DNA from: a virus | Lineage: Duplodnaviria; Caudoviricetes | Virus record (IMG/VR): IMGVR_UViG_3300021375_000006 | Reading direction: 5' to 3' (one strand) | DNA: 64,000 nt | Part shown: one piece after another, positions 1-8,994 of the stretch | How the letters are laid out: each line of letters opens with the position of its first letter | Numbering within the stretch: the stretch's first letter is position 1 | Translations under genes and position numbers: made by a program | The notes under the pieces: generated by a model | What the model saw: only the letters and a program-made list of their open reading frames with translations | What the model was told of the DNA's origin: nothing | Database searches by the model: none

Positions 1-45
1 TCCACCTCCTAATAAAAAGCTAGTATCTATTAATTCACCGCCCAT
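1..45 (-). CDS. 5' end of a gene running off the window (MGGELIDTSFLLGGG...)
   Basis: ATG at 45 on minus strand, open to position 1, preceded by GATATATAA motif at 67-75. Confidence 0.45.
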   Translation of the reverse strand, partial: MGGELIDTSFLLGGG

Positions 46-99
46 ATAAATATGATTTCTTTTTTATTATATATCTGACTATGTATCAGGATATTATAT

Positions 100-696
100 T
101 TAGATCCACTCTCCTCGGTCTAATTCATCATGATTTGGTCTATAAAGTATAGTATCGACCCAATCTTTATCCTTAGGGTATCTATCTACTAAAAACTTTT
201 GAAGAGCTTTAACGTATTCACCTTTACTTTGAAACTTAAATTGACCTGTATATTGAGTACGGCTTGTGAGCTCATAGAGTTCCTTTAGAGCCACTTCTAC
301 CTGAAAGTCTTGTATCTTATTGAATAGTTTATCTTGTTCGGCCTTGGTCTTCACACAAAATACTGAATCGACAGTAATAAGATATTGTTTCCATTTCTCG
401 CCATCAAAGACTCTTTCTTCTAGTGCTTTAACAGTTTTATATTCCTGTCTTTTTAGGTTAATTCTAGTCTCTTTACCTTCAAAGTCTCTGATAAATCGGC
501 CACCAAATAAATACGCTTTTAAAAAAACTATATTATCATAGAACTTTTTAATACGAATTTGATACCTAGGGTTTACATCGTCAAATTTAACGTCGTAAAT
601 TAGGGCTCGAACTGGAATAAGTACATTTGGGTTTTGTGTAGTAGATATTAAAGCTTGTACGTATTCACCTTTAGTAAATATCTTATGCTTAATCAT
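100..696 (-). CDS. hypothetical phage protein
   Basis: 198-aa ORF, overlapping operon-like packing. Confidence 0.8.
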   Translation of the reverse strand: MIKHKIFTKGEYVQALISTTQNPNVLIPVRALIYDVKFDDVNPRYQIRIKKFYDNIVFLKAYLFGGRFIRDFEGKETRINLKRQEYKTVKALEERVFDGEKWKQYLITVDSVFCVKTKAEQDKLFNKIQDFQVEVALKELYELTSRTQYTGQFKFQSKGEYVKALQKFLVDRYPKDKDWVDTILYRPNHDELDRGEWI

Positions 697-1096
697 GGTC
701 TATAAATCTAACATTATCAAACTTACTGAGTACACCTCTTTTAGGGTAATCGCATCTGTTGATAATAATTAGATCCATATCATAAAGTTCACCTGTTAGG
801 TCCGCTATAAAATGTTTAAAATTTAAAACAGCATTGCTATCTAAGTTTTTAAACATATAGAGTAACTTTGCATCATTATTTTCACCTTCTAATTTATCGT
901 TAATTAACTTTTGAATTAATTTACGAATATACAGTGAAACAATTACATCTGATGGTTCCTCGCTATACGGGTCACTTTTAACTAGTCTATTTACAATATC
1001 GAAATAGGATATAGTTAAATCATAATCACCAGACTTTGCTAATTTTTCAAACTCAGTCCTAGTTTTACACCAAACACCTTCTATTTTTAGTGTCAT
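689..1096 (-). CDS. hypothetical protein
   Basis: 135-aa ORF, ATGA overlap with upstream gene. Confidence 0.8.
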   Translation of the reverse strand: MTLKIEGVWCKTRTEFEKLAKSGDYDLTISYFDIVNRLVKSDPYSEEPSDVIVSLYIRKLIQKLINDKLEGENNDAKLLYMFKNLDSNAVLNFKHFIADLTGELYDMDLIIINRCDYPKRGVLSKFDNVRFIDHD

Positions 1097-1416
1097 TTCT
1101 TTAGTTTAGCCTCCAGTATTTTTAGTTCTTTTTTTAATTCTGAGGCTCTTAATTTTAATTCAGCTTCATTTGGGTTATACTGTTTACCCCATTCAGTTTT
1201 GACTACTATTTTATCTCTATCTAGGTCACTGCCTGTAGCAAGACCTAAGTCTAAAACAATATCTTTTAGAAACTTAACCTGGTTTGCTCGACCTAAAGCA
1301 CTGTCAAATTCATATACAACGCGAGAGGTGAATTCCTCACCTCCGCCATTGACATTATCATCAATTAAAAACTTGACCACACCATTATCAGCCGGCTCAA
1401 TTTGAATAGTAATCAT
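1093..1416 (-). CDS. hypothetical protein
   Basis: 107-aa ORF in operon. Confidence 0.8.
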   Translation of the reverse strand: MITIQIEPADNGVVKFLIDDNVNGGGEEFTSRVVYEFDSALGRANQVKFLKDIVLDLGLATGSDLDRDKIVVKTEWGKQYNPNEAELKLRASELKKELKILEAKLKK

Positions 1417-1425
1417 TAACTAATA

Positions 1426-1878
1426 TTATTTTTTACGAGAATCTAAAGACGCCTTTGCCTTTTTATGAAGAGCTTTGATTTTCTTCTTATCCTCTCTATA
1501 GGTCTCTTTATCTTTTACAACAGATAATGCCCACGCTTCTTCAAGCATTTCTATTTCTTTTGTATTGTAACCTATATTCTTCCATGTATCTTTTAAACCA
1601 TCTACGTGTTCACCTTTTTCATTGGTATAACCCTCTAGCTTTCTTTCAAGCATTTCATGGTTTCTTTTTTCTTGAATATCAAGATGTCTTTGATGTAGCT
1701 TTCTACCATTCTCTATATTTGCTTGCTGAATTTTTAATCTTTCAGCTAAAGGTAGTTTGCTAATATATTTTAGCACACCTTGTTGTTTCATCATGAATCT
1801 TCTCTGCCTTCTAGTAAGTAATGTCTGGGCCTGATTCTGTTGTTGATTCACTTCTTGTGTTTGTTCTTTTTCTGCCAT
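1426..1878 (-). CDS. hypothetical basic helical protein
   Basis: 150-aa ORF. Confidence 0.75.
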   Translation of the reverse strand: MAEKEQTQEVNQQQNQAQTLLTRRQRRFMMKQQGVLKYISKLPLAERLKIQQANIENGRKLHQRHLDIQEKRNHEMLERKLEGYTNEKGEHVDGLKDTWKNIGYNTKEIEMLEEAWALSVVKDKETYREDKKKIKALHKKAKASLDSRKK

Positions 1879-2401
1879 CGTAATATGATTTAATAAATTC
1901 TTCAGCTTGTGGTTTTAGTTGTTCTTGTAAGTTATCTATCTGGCTCATTACAAGCGCTAAAATTTGCTCATTTAGATCTGACTTAGTAATATCCATCTGG
2001 TCTTTAAACAAATCATATACTTCATGTGAAGGTATATTTAATTGTAAAGGCACCTCGATTGTATTCTTAGCACTAAGCTTTCTTAGCATTTCTAACATAA
2101 CATTTACCTCTACATTATCTTGAGTCACAGGTTGAGGTGTTGCCTTAACCGGTGTTTCATCAATTGGCTCTGGGCCTGTAGATGCAACAGTACTTTTAAA
2201 TGGAGCTGCTAAAGCTTTAGCATTTGAAATATCTTTAGCTTCCATTAAGAGTTCTGATATAATATTAGAGAATACTTTACTACCATCTGTAAATAAAGTA
2301 AATTCACCATCTACTTTATCAAATGTAACAATGTCTCCTGCACGTTCTGTTTTAGTCCAAACGTAAATTTGCTCTTTCTGTTCAGTTAATTGCTCTGCCA
2401 T
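1811..2401 (-). CDS. hypothetical protein (probable start MAEQ at 2401)
   Basis: ORF 1811-2473; class II promoter at 2463-2490 favours the internal ATG. Confidence 0.75.
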   Translation of the reverse strand: MAEQLTEQKEQIYVWTKTERAGDIVTFDKVDGEFTLFTDGSKVFSNIISELLMEAKDISNAKALAAPFKSTVASTGPEPIDETPVKATPQPVTQDNVEVNVMLEMLRKLSAKNTIEVPLQLNIPSHEVYDLFKDQMDITKSDLNEQILALVMSQIDNLQEQLKPQAEEFIKSYYDGRKRTNTRSESTTESGPDITY

Positions 2402-2411
2402 ATTCTTATTT

Positions 2412-2639
2412 TTAAATAATTGACCAATCAAAGTCAAACTCGAGCTGACCAGTCTTTCTATAGTTATACTCACGATTTAAAAATTGTTTAATAAAGTCAT
2501 CGGATCCGACAGGTCCCATGATAGCATCTGTCTTTTCATATCTTGCTTTCCAATGATTTGTAAACTGTTCTACTCCCTGTTCTTTTAGTTGTTTTTTTAA
2601 TTCTACCAACTCTGGTAGAAATAGTTTGTTAAATCCCAT
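2412..2639 (-). CDS. hypothetical protein
   Basis: 75-aa ORF. Confidence 0.6.
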   Translation of the reverse strand: MGFNKLFLPELVELKKQLKEQGVEQFTNHWKARYEKTDAIMGPVGSDDFIKQFLNREYNYRKTGQLEFDFDWSII

Positions 2640-2640
2640 A

Positions 2641-3231
2641 TTAATTTTCTGTGTTAAAAAAGAATGTTTGAAATAATCTACCTGTTTCCAGGTCTTTACC
2701 GAAATAATCTAGTGATGCATGAAATAGATCGCCAGGATAAAGTACTAATCTATTATAGACATTACCTACAGTATCTACCAATTCCCACTTAGTGTAGTCA
2801 CGGCCATCCGCATTAAGTTTATCTAATAATTCAAAGTCTCTTTCTCCGTTTGCTAATCTAGGACATGAAATAAGCCCGGTTTCTTTATGTCTATAAATAC
2901 CAGTTCCTCCAGTAACAGGAGCATCTGGAGTCAAATAACATACTCCTGCCCAGTCGTTCCACCCATCGCAATGGATCCAAGTTCTATCTGTTGCAGTTGT
3001 ATATTGAAATGCACCACAATATTCTTCTTTGCCTTCTTGTGGCCAGATAGGTTCGCCATGCACTCCTTTTAAATGATGTGCAATCCAATTTTTAATTGAT
3101 GGTGATAGGAATGCTTGAGTCCTATGACCTGGATAGTTACCGTCTACATTAAAGTCTTGTTGTAAAGCAAAGGCTCTAACATCATCCGGATTATCGTAAA
3201 AGTTGTCTATAATAATTGCGCTATATGCCAT
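2641..3231 (-). CDS. DUF6445-like / 2OG-Fe(II) oxygenase-fold protein
   Basis: IIIDNFYDNPDDVRAFAL start, WIHCD (HxD), YNRLVLYPGDLFHAS, RLFQTFFF. Confidence 0.75.
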   Translation of the reverse strand: MAYSAIIIDNFYDNPDDVRAFALQQDFNVDGNYPGHRTQAFLSPSIKNWIAHHLKGVHGEPIWPQEGKEEYCGAFQYTTATDRTWIHCDGWNDWAGVCYLTPDAPVTGGTGIYRHKETGLISCPRLANGERDFELLDKLNADGRDYTKWELVDTVGNVYNRLVLYPGDLFHASLDYFGKDLETGRLFQTFFFNTEN

Positions 3232-4967
3232 TAGTAAATTGTTTTAATTCTTTCTTCAAATGATGGAGGGAATGACCCTTTTTTATTTATCAAGCTTCTA
3301 AAGCAAGCATCCAGGATATAAGTGACTGCCCAATCATCTTTAGATCTGATACTACGACCAGCTCCCTGTTGAATAGCAATACCTGTTTTCCAATCATACC
3401 AGCCTGGAAATGTTTTCATCTTGGCTTTCACAAGTGGATCGCCTAATGATGGATAGGGTACTTTAAAGAAGATCTGAAATCTAGATTTATCATCTTTAAG
3501 GTCTAACCCTTCTAATAGAGATGGACCTATTAGTATTTTGCCTTCAGTTTTGTTAAACAGATCGATCGCGCCGCCTCTCTCCTTTGCCACATCGTAGGTA
3601 ATAAAACTGAACTTATGTTTAGAATGTTGATTGATGAAGTTCATGAAATCATAGGAACCGGCGTGAATAATTCCACTTTGCCCTTTATGTTTCTCTAGGA
3701 TTTTGTCTAAGGTCTTTACTACATGGGGGAGATTTTGTTCGCGTTCTCTAAAAGACAATTTGTGCCTGTTGACGAAAACGATGGGGGATTTTTTGTAATC
3801 GAAATTATTACTCATTCTAATAACTCTCGCATTACCCATTGAAGTATGTTTAGCAAATGATTTAATATCACCTAATGTTGCTGACATAAAGACTTTAAAA
3901 CCACTCTTCTTCTGTAAGAATTTATCAATCATCATTGCCTCTTCCAAACATAAGAATTGAGTTTCAGTTTCTTTTCGATTAATAACAATTGCATCATTGC
4001 CGAGCTCTTTAATTATGTCATGATAGTCATCAAACTTACACCATATATCTTTAAGTCTATCCATTCGTCCAAAAAAAGTCTGCCATTCTTTAGGGACATC
4101 TCCATTCTGATACTGGCGTTTACTGCGGACAAGAGCTGCTGATCTGACCTTGCGGTAAACCACGGCAATACCTCTGAACTCGCTAATGTGCCTCATTAAC
4201 TCTTGGTGATCGTCTTCCCGCATTAAGCGGTCGACAATATCTTCTATTCTGTTATTAGATACCCAGGTAGCATCAAGTGCATGTTTCTGTATAAACTTGT
4301 TTACCTCTCTAAATATCTTAGGTGTACCCACATCTATTCTAGGTGAGAAGTGTGACTGTACTATATTGTCTACCTTATGTGCTTCATCAAAGAATACAAA
4401 GTCTCTCTTAGGAAATGGTATCTCTCTATCCTGTTCTATCATCTTGTCTTCTACATAATTCCTTTGTATTAGATAATATGAATAGTTGAAGAGAGCTACA
4501 GGTAGCTCCTTCGCGCGCCGCCTAGCCTGAAGATACCCACAGGTTCCCCAGCATTTTAGTTTCTCGGCTTGTTCATACCCAATACCTTTCATCTTACAGT
4601 CAGCAAGAGAGAAGGGCAGATCGTTTACATTACAGTTATAGTTGTCTACGCCTCTGATACTGGGCCAATCCAACTTTAGTCTTTTAAAGTCTTCTTCATA
4701 CTGATCTTGTAGCATTAGATCAGAGGTTACTAAATAACCTCTTTTACCTAATTCTTTTAGAACGTGCGCGGACCACATAGCAATTAGGGATTTACCACTT
4801 CCAGTTGGGGCATCTAAAATAATAGTTCCTTCTGGATCTTGAAGATAGTGATTGCAGATAGCTTCGACGACTTCTCTTTGCCCTGCTCTAAATTGGAAGC
4901 CTTGGCCAAATTTATTTGCCTTTAAGGCATCATCAATAATACTTTCTACTCGTTCGCGTTCCAACAT
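3231..4967 (-). CDS. DinG/XPD-family (SF2) ATP-dependent helicase
   Basis: APTGSGKS Walker A, DEAH, four Cys (likely Fe-S), SATLG, EGLDLKDD, QGAGRSIRS. Confidence 0.9.
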   Translation of the reverse strand: MLERERVESIIDDALKANKFGQGFQFRAGQREVVEAICNHYLQDPEGTIILDAPTGSGKSLIAMWSAHVLKELGKRGYLVTSDLMLQDQYEEDFKRLKLDWPSIRGVDNYNCNVNDLPFSLADCKMKGIGYEQAEKLKCWGTCGYLQARRRAKELPVALFNYSYYLIQRNYVEDKMIEQDREIPFPKRDFVFFDEAHKVDNIVQSHFSPRIDVGTPKIFREVNKFIQKHALDATWVSNNRIEDIVDRLMREDDHQELMRHISEFRGIAVVYRKVRSAALVRSKRQYQNGDVPKEWQTFFGRMDRLKDIWCKFDDYHDIIKELGNDAIVINRKETETQFLCLEEAMMIDKFLQKKSGFKVFMSATLGDIKSFAKHTSMGNARVIRMSNNFDYKKSPIVFVNRHKLSFREREQNLPHVVKTLDKILEKHKGQSGIIHAGSYDFMNFINQHSKHKFSFITYDVAKERGGAIDLFNKTEGKILIGPSLLEGLDLKDDKSRFQIFFKVPYPSLGDPLVKAKMKTFPGWYDWKTGIAIQQGAGRSIRSKDDWAVTYILDACFRSLINKKGSFPPSFEERIKTIY

Positions 4968-5455
4968 ATAACCTCTTTAACTTCGATACCTGCCTTTTCT
5001 AAGAGTCCTATGCCAGACATATCTCTATAATCCTCTGAAAAGAATACTCTTTTAATACCTGATTGAATAATTAATTTTGCGCAATCAAAACATGGGCATG
5101 TAGTGATATACATATCTGCGCCTTCTGCACTTAGTGTAGATTTACTTACCTTTGCTAGAGCATTAGACTCTGCGTGTAAGACCTCTCTTTTAGTTACCTC
5201 TTTAGAACAACAAGTATCATCACATGTATAACCCTTTTCTTCTAGGACCTGTTTATGATTTTCATTCTCAATCTCTCTGACTTGTTCCTCTTCACAGTTG
5301 TTATCAAAGCCATGTGGCGTACCGTTATATCCAGTTGATATTACCTGTGTATCTTTTACAATAATACAACCAACGCGCCTACGTTTAGCATACGAGAGCT
5401 TGGCTATCTGATAAGCCATCTGCATATAAATTAAGTCAACGGGTATTCTTGGCAT
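4946..5455 (-). CDS. dCMP deaminase
   Basis: STGYNG, HAESNA, PCFDC zinc motifs. Confidence 0.92.
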   Translation of the reverse strand: MPRIPVDLIYMQMAYQIAKLSYAKRRRVGCIIVKDTQVISTGYNGTPHGFDNNCEEEQVREIENENHKQVLEEKGYTCDDTCCSKEVTKREVLHAESNALAKVSKSTLSAEGADMYITTCPCFDCAKLIIQSGIKRVFFSEDYRDMSGIGLLEKAGIEVKEVICWNANE

Positions 5456-5458
5456 ACT

Positions 5459-5496
5459 AAAAAAGTCTATGTATTCAATTAATTATACATAGACTT
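5459..5496 (-). terminator. intrinsic terminator
   Basis: AAGTCTATGTAT/ATACATAGACTT stem followed by T run on minus strand. Confidence 0.6.
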
Positions 5497-5584
5497 CTCT
5501 AAAAGTTTCTAAATATGTGTACCTAATATGCAGGCTTCCAGGGTTTAATCCAATATTCCCAGAAAATTTGTTTTGCCTTTCTCA

Positions 5585-6202
5585 TTAGTATTCAAATGGA
5601 GGTGCTTCACCGTCTTGTTCCATACCGTACCACGTACCTTTATGTTCCCAGTAGTACCATCCGTATTTATCATCGATAACTACTTCAAACTTACCCTTCG
5701 GCAGCTCTATGGACTTCTTAGGCGCTCTTGCAATATACTTAAGTACTGGTACTCCATCGTCCCAAGTCTTTTTAGTAGATCTAGCATCTACACCAACACC
5801 ACCGTCTGAATAAGCCATGTGGTATTCTGCGCCTTGAATCTCTTGGGCTAACATCATAGTAGGAGTTGCGTCTGACTCATTGATAACCGACTCAGCCATT
5901 TCTCTCTTATATACTTGTTGTAACTCTTTGAATTCTGCTTTTAGTTTAGAACCAATGGTTTTCTTAATACCCCAATAGTCACCAAAAATAAGTGGAGCTA
6001 CTGCGCCCATTCCAGCTTTCTGAACCTGGTTAGCGTATTTTCTAGCATAGACAGATCTATCAAACCAGTCTAATGCAGCTTGGGCCATTTCCTTTGAGAT
6101 CTTCTGACCTTCAATTTCGGAAGTTGCACCATTGGCTACCATCTTAAATAGTTTTTTAGCTGGAGCCTGTCTTGCTTCGTTAAGTGGTTTAATGTATTTC
6201 AT
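5585..6202 (-). CDS. putative internal head protein (CTS-like N-terminus MKYIKPLNE)
   Basis: N-terminal motif shared with several ORFs; internal MAESVINES. Confidence 0.6.
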   Translation of the reverse strand: MKYIKPLNEARQAPAKKLFKMVANGATSEIEGQKISKEMAQAALDWFDRSVYARKYANQVQKAGMGAVAPLIFGDYWGIKKTIGSKLKAEFKELQQVYKREMAESVINESDATPTMMLAQEIQGAEYHMAYSDGGVGVDARSTKKTWDDGVPVLKYIARAPKKSIELPKGKFEVVIDDKYGWYYWEHKGTWYGMEQDGEAPPFEY

Positions 6203-6203
6203 A

Positions 6204-6845
6204 TTACTCTTTACCTGCGCTGTATGTTTCTTTTAACTCGTCTATCTTTTTAGCATAAGCCTCTTTCATCTCATTACAGTGAGCCTCATACATTTCTTGA
6301 GTTAATTCTGTTTCTTTAACTTCACCATAACCTTCTTCCATTGCCTTTGCAGCAAGAGTCGCTATTAGAGCAGCATTCTCTTTCATATACATTTCTAATG
6401 TGTGGTCTTGGTATTCGTCATTCTCATAAGCACATGCAGCTTCTTTTACTTTTGCATAGCCTTCAACTAACATTTCTTCTACTGTTGATGGAGCTTCTGC
6501 TTCTCCTTCTGATTCAACTTCTTCAACTTCTTCTTCAGGAGCTTCTTCAGAATCTTCTTCATCATCATCTTCATCTTCGTCGTCATCGTCATCGTCGTCA
6601 TCTTCGTCAGAATCGTCGTCATCAGACTCTTCAGAATCATCAATATCGTCGTCAGAATCATCTTCTTCGTCTTCTATTTCTTCAGCAGGTAATTCAGTGC
6701 CTTCTTCACACTCTAAACAATTACCTTCTTCGTCGGTACCACATGGGCACTCTTCGTTTTCTACTTCTTCTGTAGTATCTACGTTATCTTGCCCAGACTT
6801 TAACTGAACTTGATACTCTTCGAATGATAGGATTTTTTTAGCCAT
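6204..6845 (-). CDS. extremely acidic protein, possible prohead core/scaffold
   Basis: long Asp/Glu tract; MAKKILSFEEY N-terminus; late promoter motif upstream. Confidence 0.6.
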   Translation of the reverse strand: MAKKILSFEEYQVQLKSGQDNVDTTEEVENEECPCGTDEEGNCLECEEGTELPAEEIEDEEDDSDDDIDDSEESDDDDSDEDDDDDDDDEDEDDDEEDSEEAPEEEVEEVESEGEAEAPSTVEEMLVEGYAKVKEAACAYENDEYQDHTLEMYMKENAALIATLAAKAMEEGYGEVKETELTQEMYEAHCNEMKEAYAKKIDELKETYSAGKE

Positions 6846-6880
6846 TTTTATATTGTTTTATTTAATTATATATCAATTTT

Positions 6881-8641
6881 TTATGCTTCAATTTTTTCGC
6901 GTAGTTCTACGTTGTGGAATAATATACCATCAGCCATATAGACATCTTCAGTTTCTACGTCAATTGAATATGTATTAACAGTTTCCGTAACATACTCAGT
7001 GCTGGTTACCTCTACCCACCCATTTGCAGTGTAGAATGAATCTCCAACTATAACATCAGCTGCCTGCTTAAACGAAATATCATTACCAACACTCATTATT
7101 AGGATAGGGTGTTCACCAGTTACCTTTGTTAAACCGTTATTAAAGTTATGATATGCAGTATGCTGACCTGCGATTACCCTAGTAACGGTTGCGCTACTTG
7201 AGCTAGCTGAGAATTGATTAATTTGACTTGAGTATTCTTCCCAAGTTGATTCTGTTTCATCATCGCCTAACCCTGTAATATCATAAGAAGCTAGAACGTC
7301 ACCCACTTGCAGATCTTCTACTAGTTTAGTTGTACCATCAGCCAAATTCATTACTGTACCTTCTACGTGACATGGTCCCCAATCAAAGGAGATGGTGTCT
7401 ACACTAGCCGAATTCAATGTAAAACTACTATCTGGGGTAAAATCAATACTTAAAGCCTGACCGCCATTCTCATTATTAACTCCATCTGTGATATAAGCAG
7501 ATACCGTTCCATTAAACACATCAACTGAGTCAATATATGAACTAGCAGGACTATCTGGGTTTTCTACATTGAAATATATGTAGTTCCCATTACTATTAGT
7601 CGCGGCTATATTTACATGACTCGCGCCATTCCAATTGTAACTAGCAGTTACCACTCCAGTACCTACCATCGGATTTGGTGGGCCATTAGGATAACTTAAC
7701 GAAGTAAATTCAAAATTAAATTCAGGTACCGGCGCTGTTGTCGTCGTTATAGATGAATTAGGAGCTGTAATTAAAACAGAACACCAGTGGCTTGTATCAT
7801 CTGGGTGTCTAACAATTAAATAAATTTGATTATACCCTAGACCTATTCCTGGAGATGCTGCTTGTGTGCTAGCACTCTCTTCTGTATAAGGTGTATTTCT
7901 AGAAAGACCACCTGAATTTGGATCAACGTGGTCATAAGAAACCTGTACCTGTCCAGTAATCGGAGCATTATTAACTGTTAAATTTTCAATCCAATATGGA
8001 TTGGGAGTCGACTGGTGGTTAGAATCATCCGGTTTTGTAGTTGACCAATATACATCATTATCTTTTACTAAAGTTGCATCAGGGTCTAACGCAAAAGTAT
8101 ATGTTGTTGAGATATTTGGCATTTGTAAGCTATTATTATCACTATATTCACTACCTCCTTGGCCAGAAATATGTTCACTTACAACAGTAGCGTTAGTGGA
8201 CGTTAATAAAATACTATTTAATGGAGCGTTCGTTGTCGTTGTTTGTTCTATAGTTGTCGTTGTTTGATCTATAGTAGTCGTTGTTTGATCTATAGTTGTC
8301 GTTGTTTGATCTATAGTTGTCTGTGGTGTCGTTGTTTGAGCTATAGTTGTCGTTGTTTGATCTATAGTTGTCGTTGTGACTGTACCATCCCCAGTTTGTG
8401 TAATAGTAAAACTATCTACTAGCGTATTATCGTTAACCCAGTTCCAATGTCTTACTTCCCATTGAGAGGTTCTAGTCACACCAGTATCGTTATCTTGAAT
8501 AGCAAAGTCTGATGTACCTGTAGTTACTGTATCAGATCTTGTGATCCATGATACACCATCCACATTAACCCATGTAAAATTTGGATTTGATGTAGTATTA
8601 TTTCCTGTATAAGTAACAGATCTTTGAATTGTTGAAGGCAT
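6881..8641 (-). CDS. virion-like Thr-rich protein with C-terminal Hint (intein-like) domain
   Basis: GPCHVEGTVMNLADGTTKLVEDLQVGD (block A), GEHP (block B), YSIDVETEDVYMADGILFHN (blocks F/G). Confidence 0.85.
   Translation of the reverse strand: MPSTIQRSVTYTGNNTTSNPNFTWVNVDGVSWITRSDTVTTGTSDFAIQDNDTGVTRTSQWEVRHWNWVNDNTLVDSFTITQTGDGTVTTTTIDQTTTTIAQTTTPQTTIDQTTTTIDQTTTTIDQTTTTIEQTTTTNAPLNSILLTSTNATVVSEHISGQGGSEYSDNNSLQMPNISTTYTFALDPDATLVKDNDVYWSTTKPDDSNHQSTPNPYWIENLTVNNAPITGQVQVSYDHVDPNSGGLSRNTPYTEESASTQAASPGIGLGYNQIYLIVRHPDDTSHWCSVLITAPNSSITTTTAPVPEFNFEFTSLSYPNGPPNPMVGTGVVTASYNWNGASHVNIAATNSNGNYIYFNVENPDSPASSYIDSVDVFNGTVSAYITDGVNNENGGQALSIDFTPDSSFTLNSASVDTISFDWGPCHVEGTVMNLADGTTKLVEDLQVGDVLASYDITGLGDDETESTWEEYSSQINQFSASSSSATVTRVIAGQHTAYHNFNNGLTKVTGEHPILIMSVGNDISFKQAADVIVGDSFYTANGWVEVTSTEYVTETVNTYSIDVETEDVYMADGILFHNVELREKIEA
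8228..8380 (-). repeat. 21-bp tandem repeat encoding TTIDQTT
   Basis: gtcgttgtttgatctatagtt unit repeated about 6-7 times with variants. Confidence 0.85.
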
Positions 8642-8675
8642 ATTGACTTTATTCTATTTTTATATATATTACTTT

Positions 8676-8978
8676 TTATGCACTATTTGCATCCGCGTGT
8701 TGTGTAATTGTAAATTGCTTACTTAAACCCGGATCATTCGGATAAGCTGAAGCTTGGAAGTGGTTTACTTCATAAGTTACTGATCTAATTTCACCCGATG
8801 CACCTGTAGTCCAATCTTCTACTTCAAATTGCCAAACATTCTCTGACACCTCTGTTGCTGTTACCCAGCCACTGCCACCAGAAGTCCACGTTGCAGTCCA
8901 GGTATATCTATCAGTTCCCGCTGGGAGCTGATCTAAATCACCATTAAATTCTACTACTTTTTGAATTGTTACCGACAT
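8676..8978 (-). CDS. small Ig-like (BACON-like) structural protein
   Basis: SGWVTAT ... RSVTY ... FTITQ pattern. Confidence 0.55.
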   Translation of the reverse strand: MSVTIQKVVEFNGDLDQLPAGTDRYTWTATWTSGGSGWVTATEVSENVWQFEVEDWTTGASGEIRSVTYEVNHFQASAYPNDPGLSKQFTITQHADANSA

Positions 8979-8994
8979 AATTATTATTTAATTT

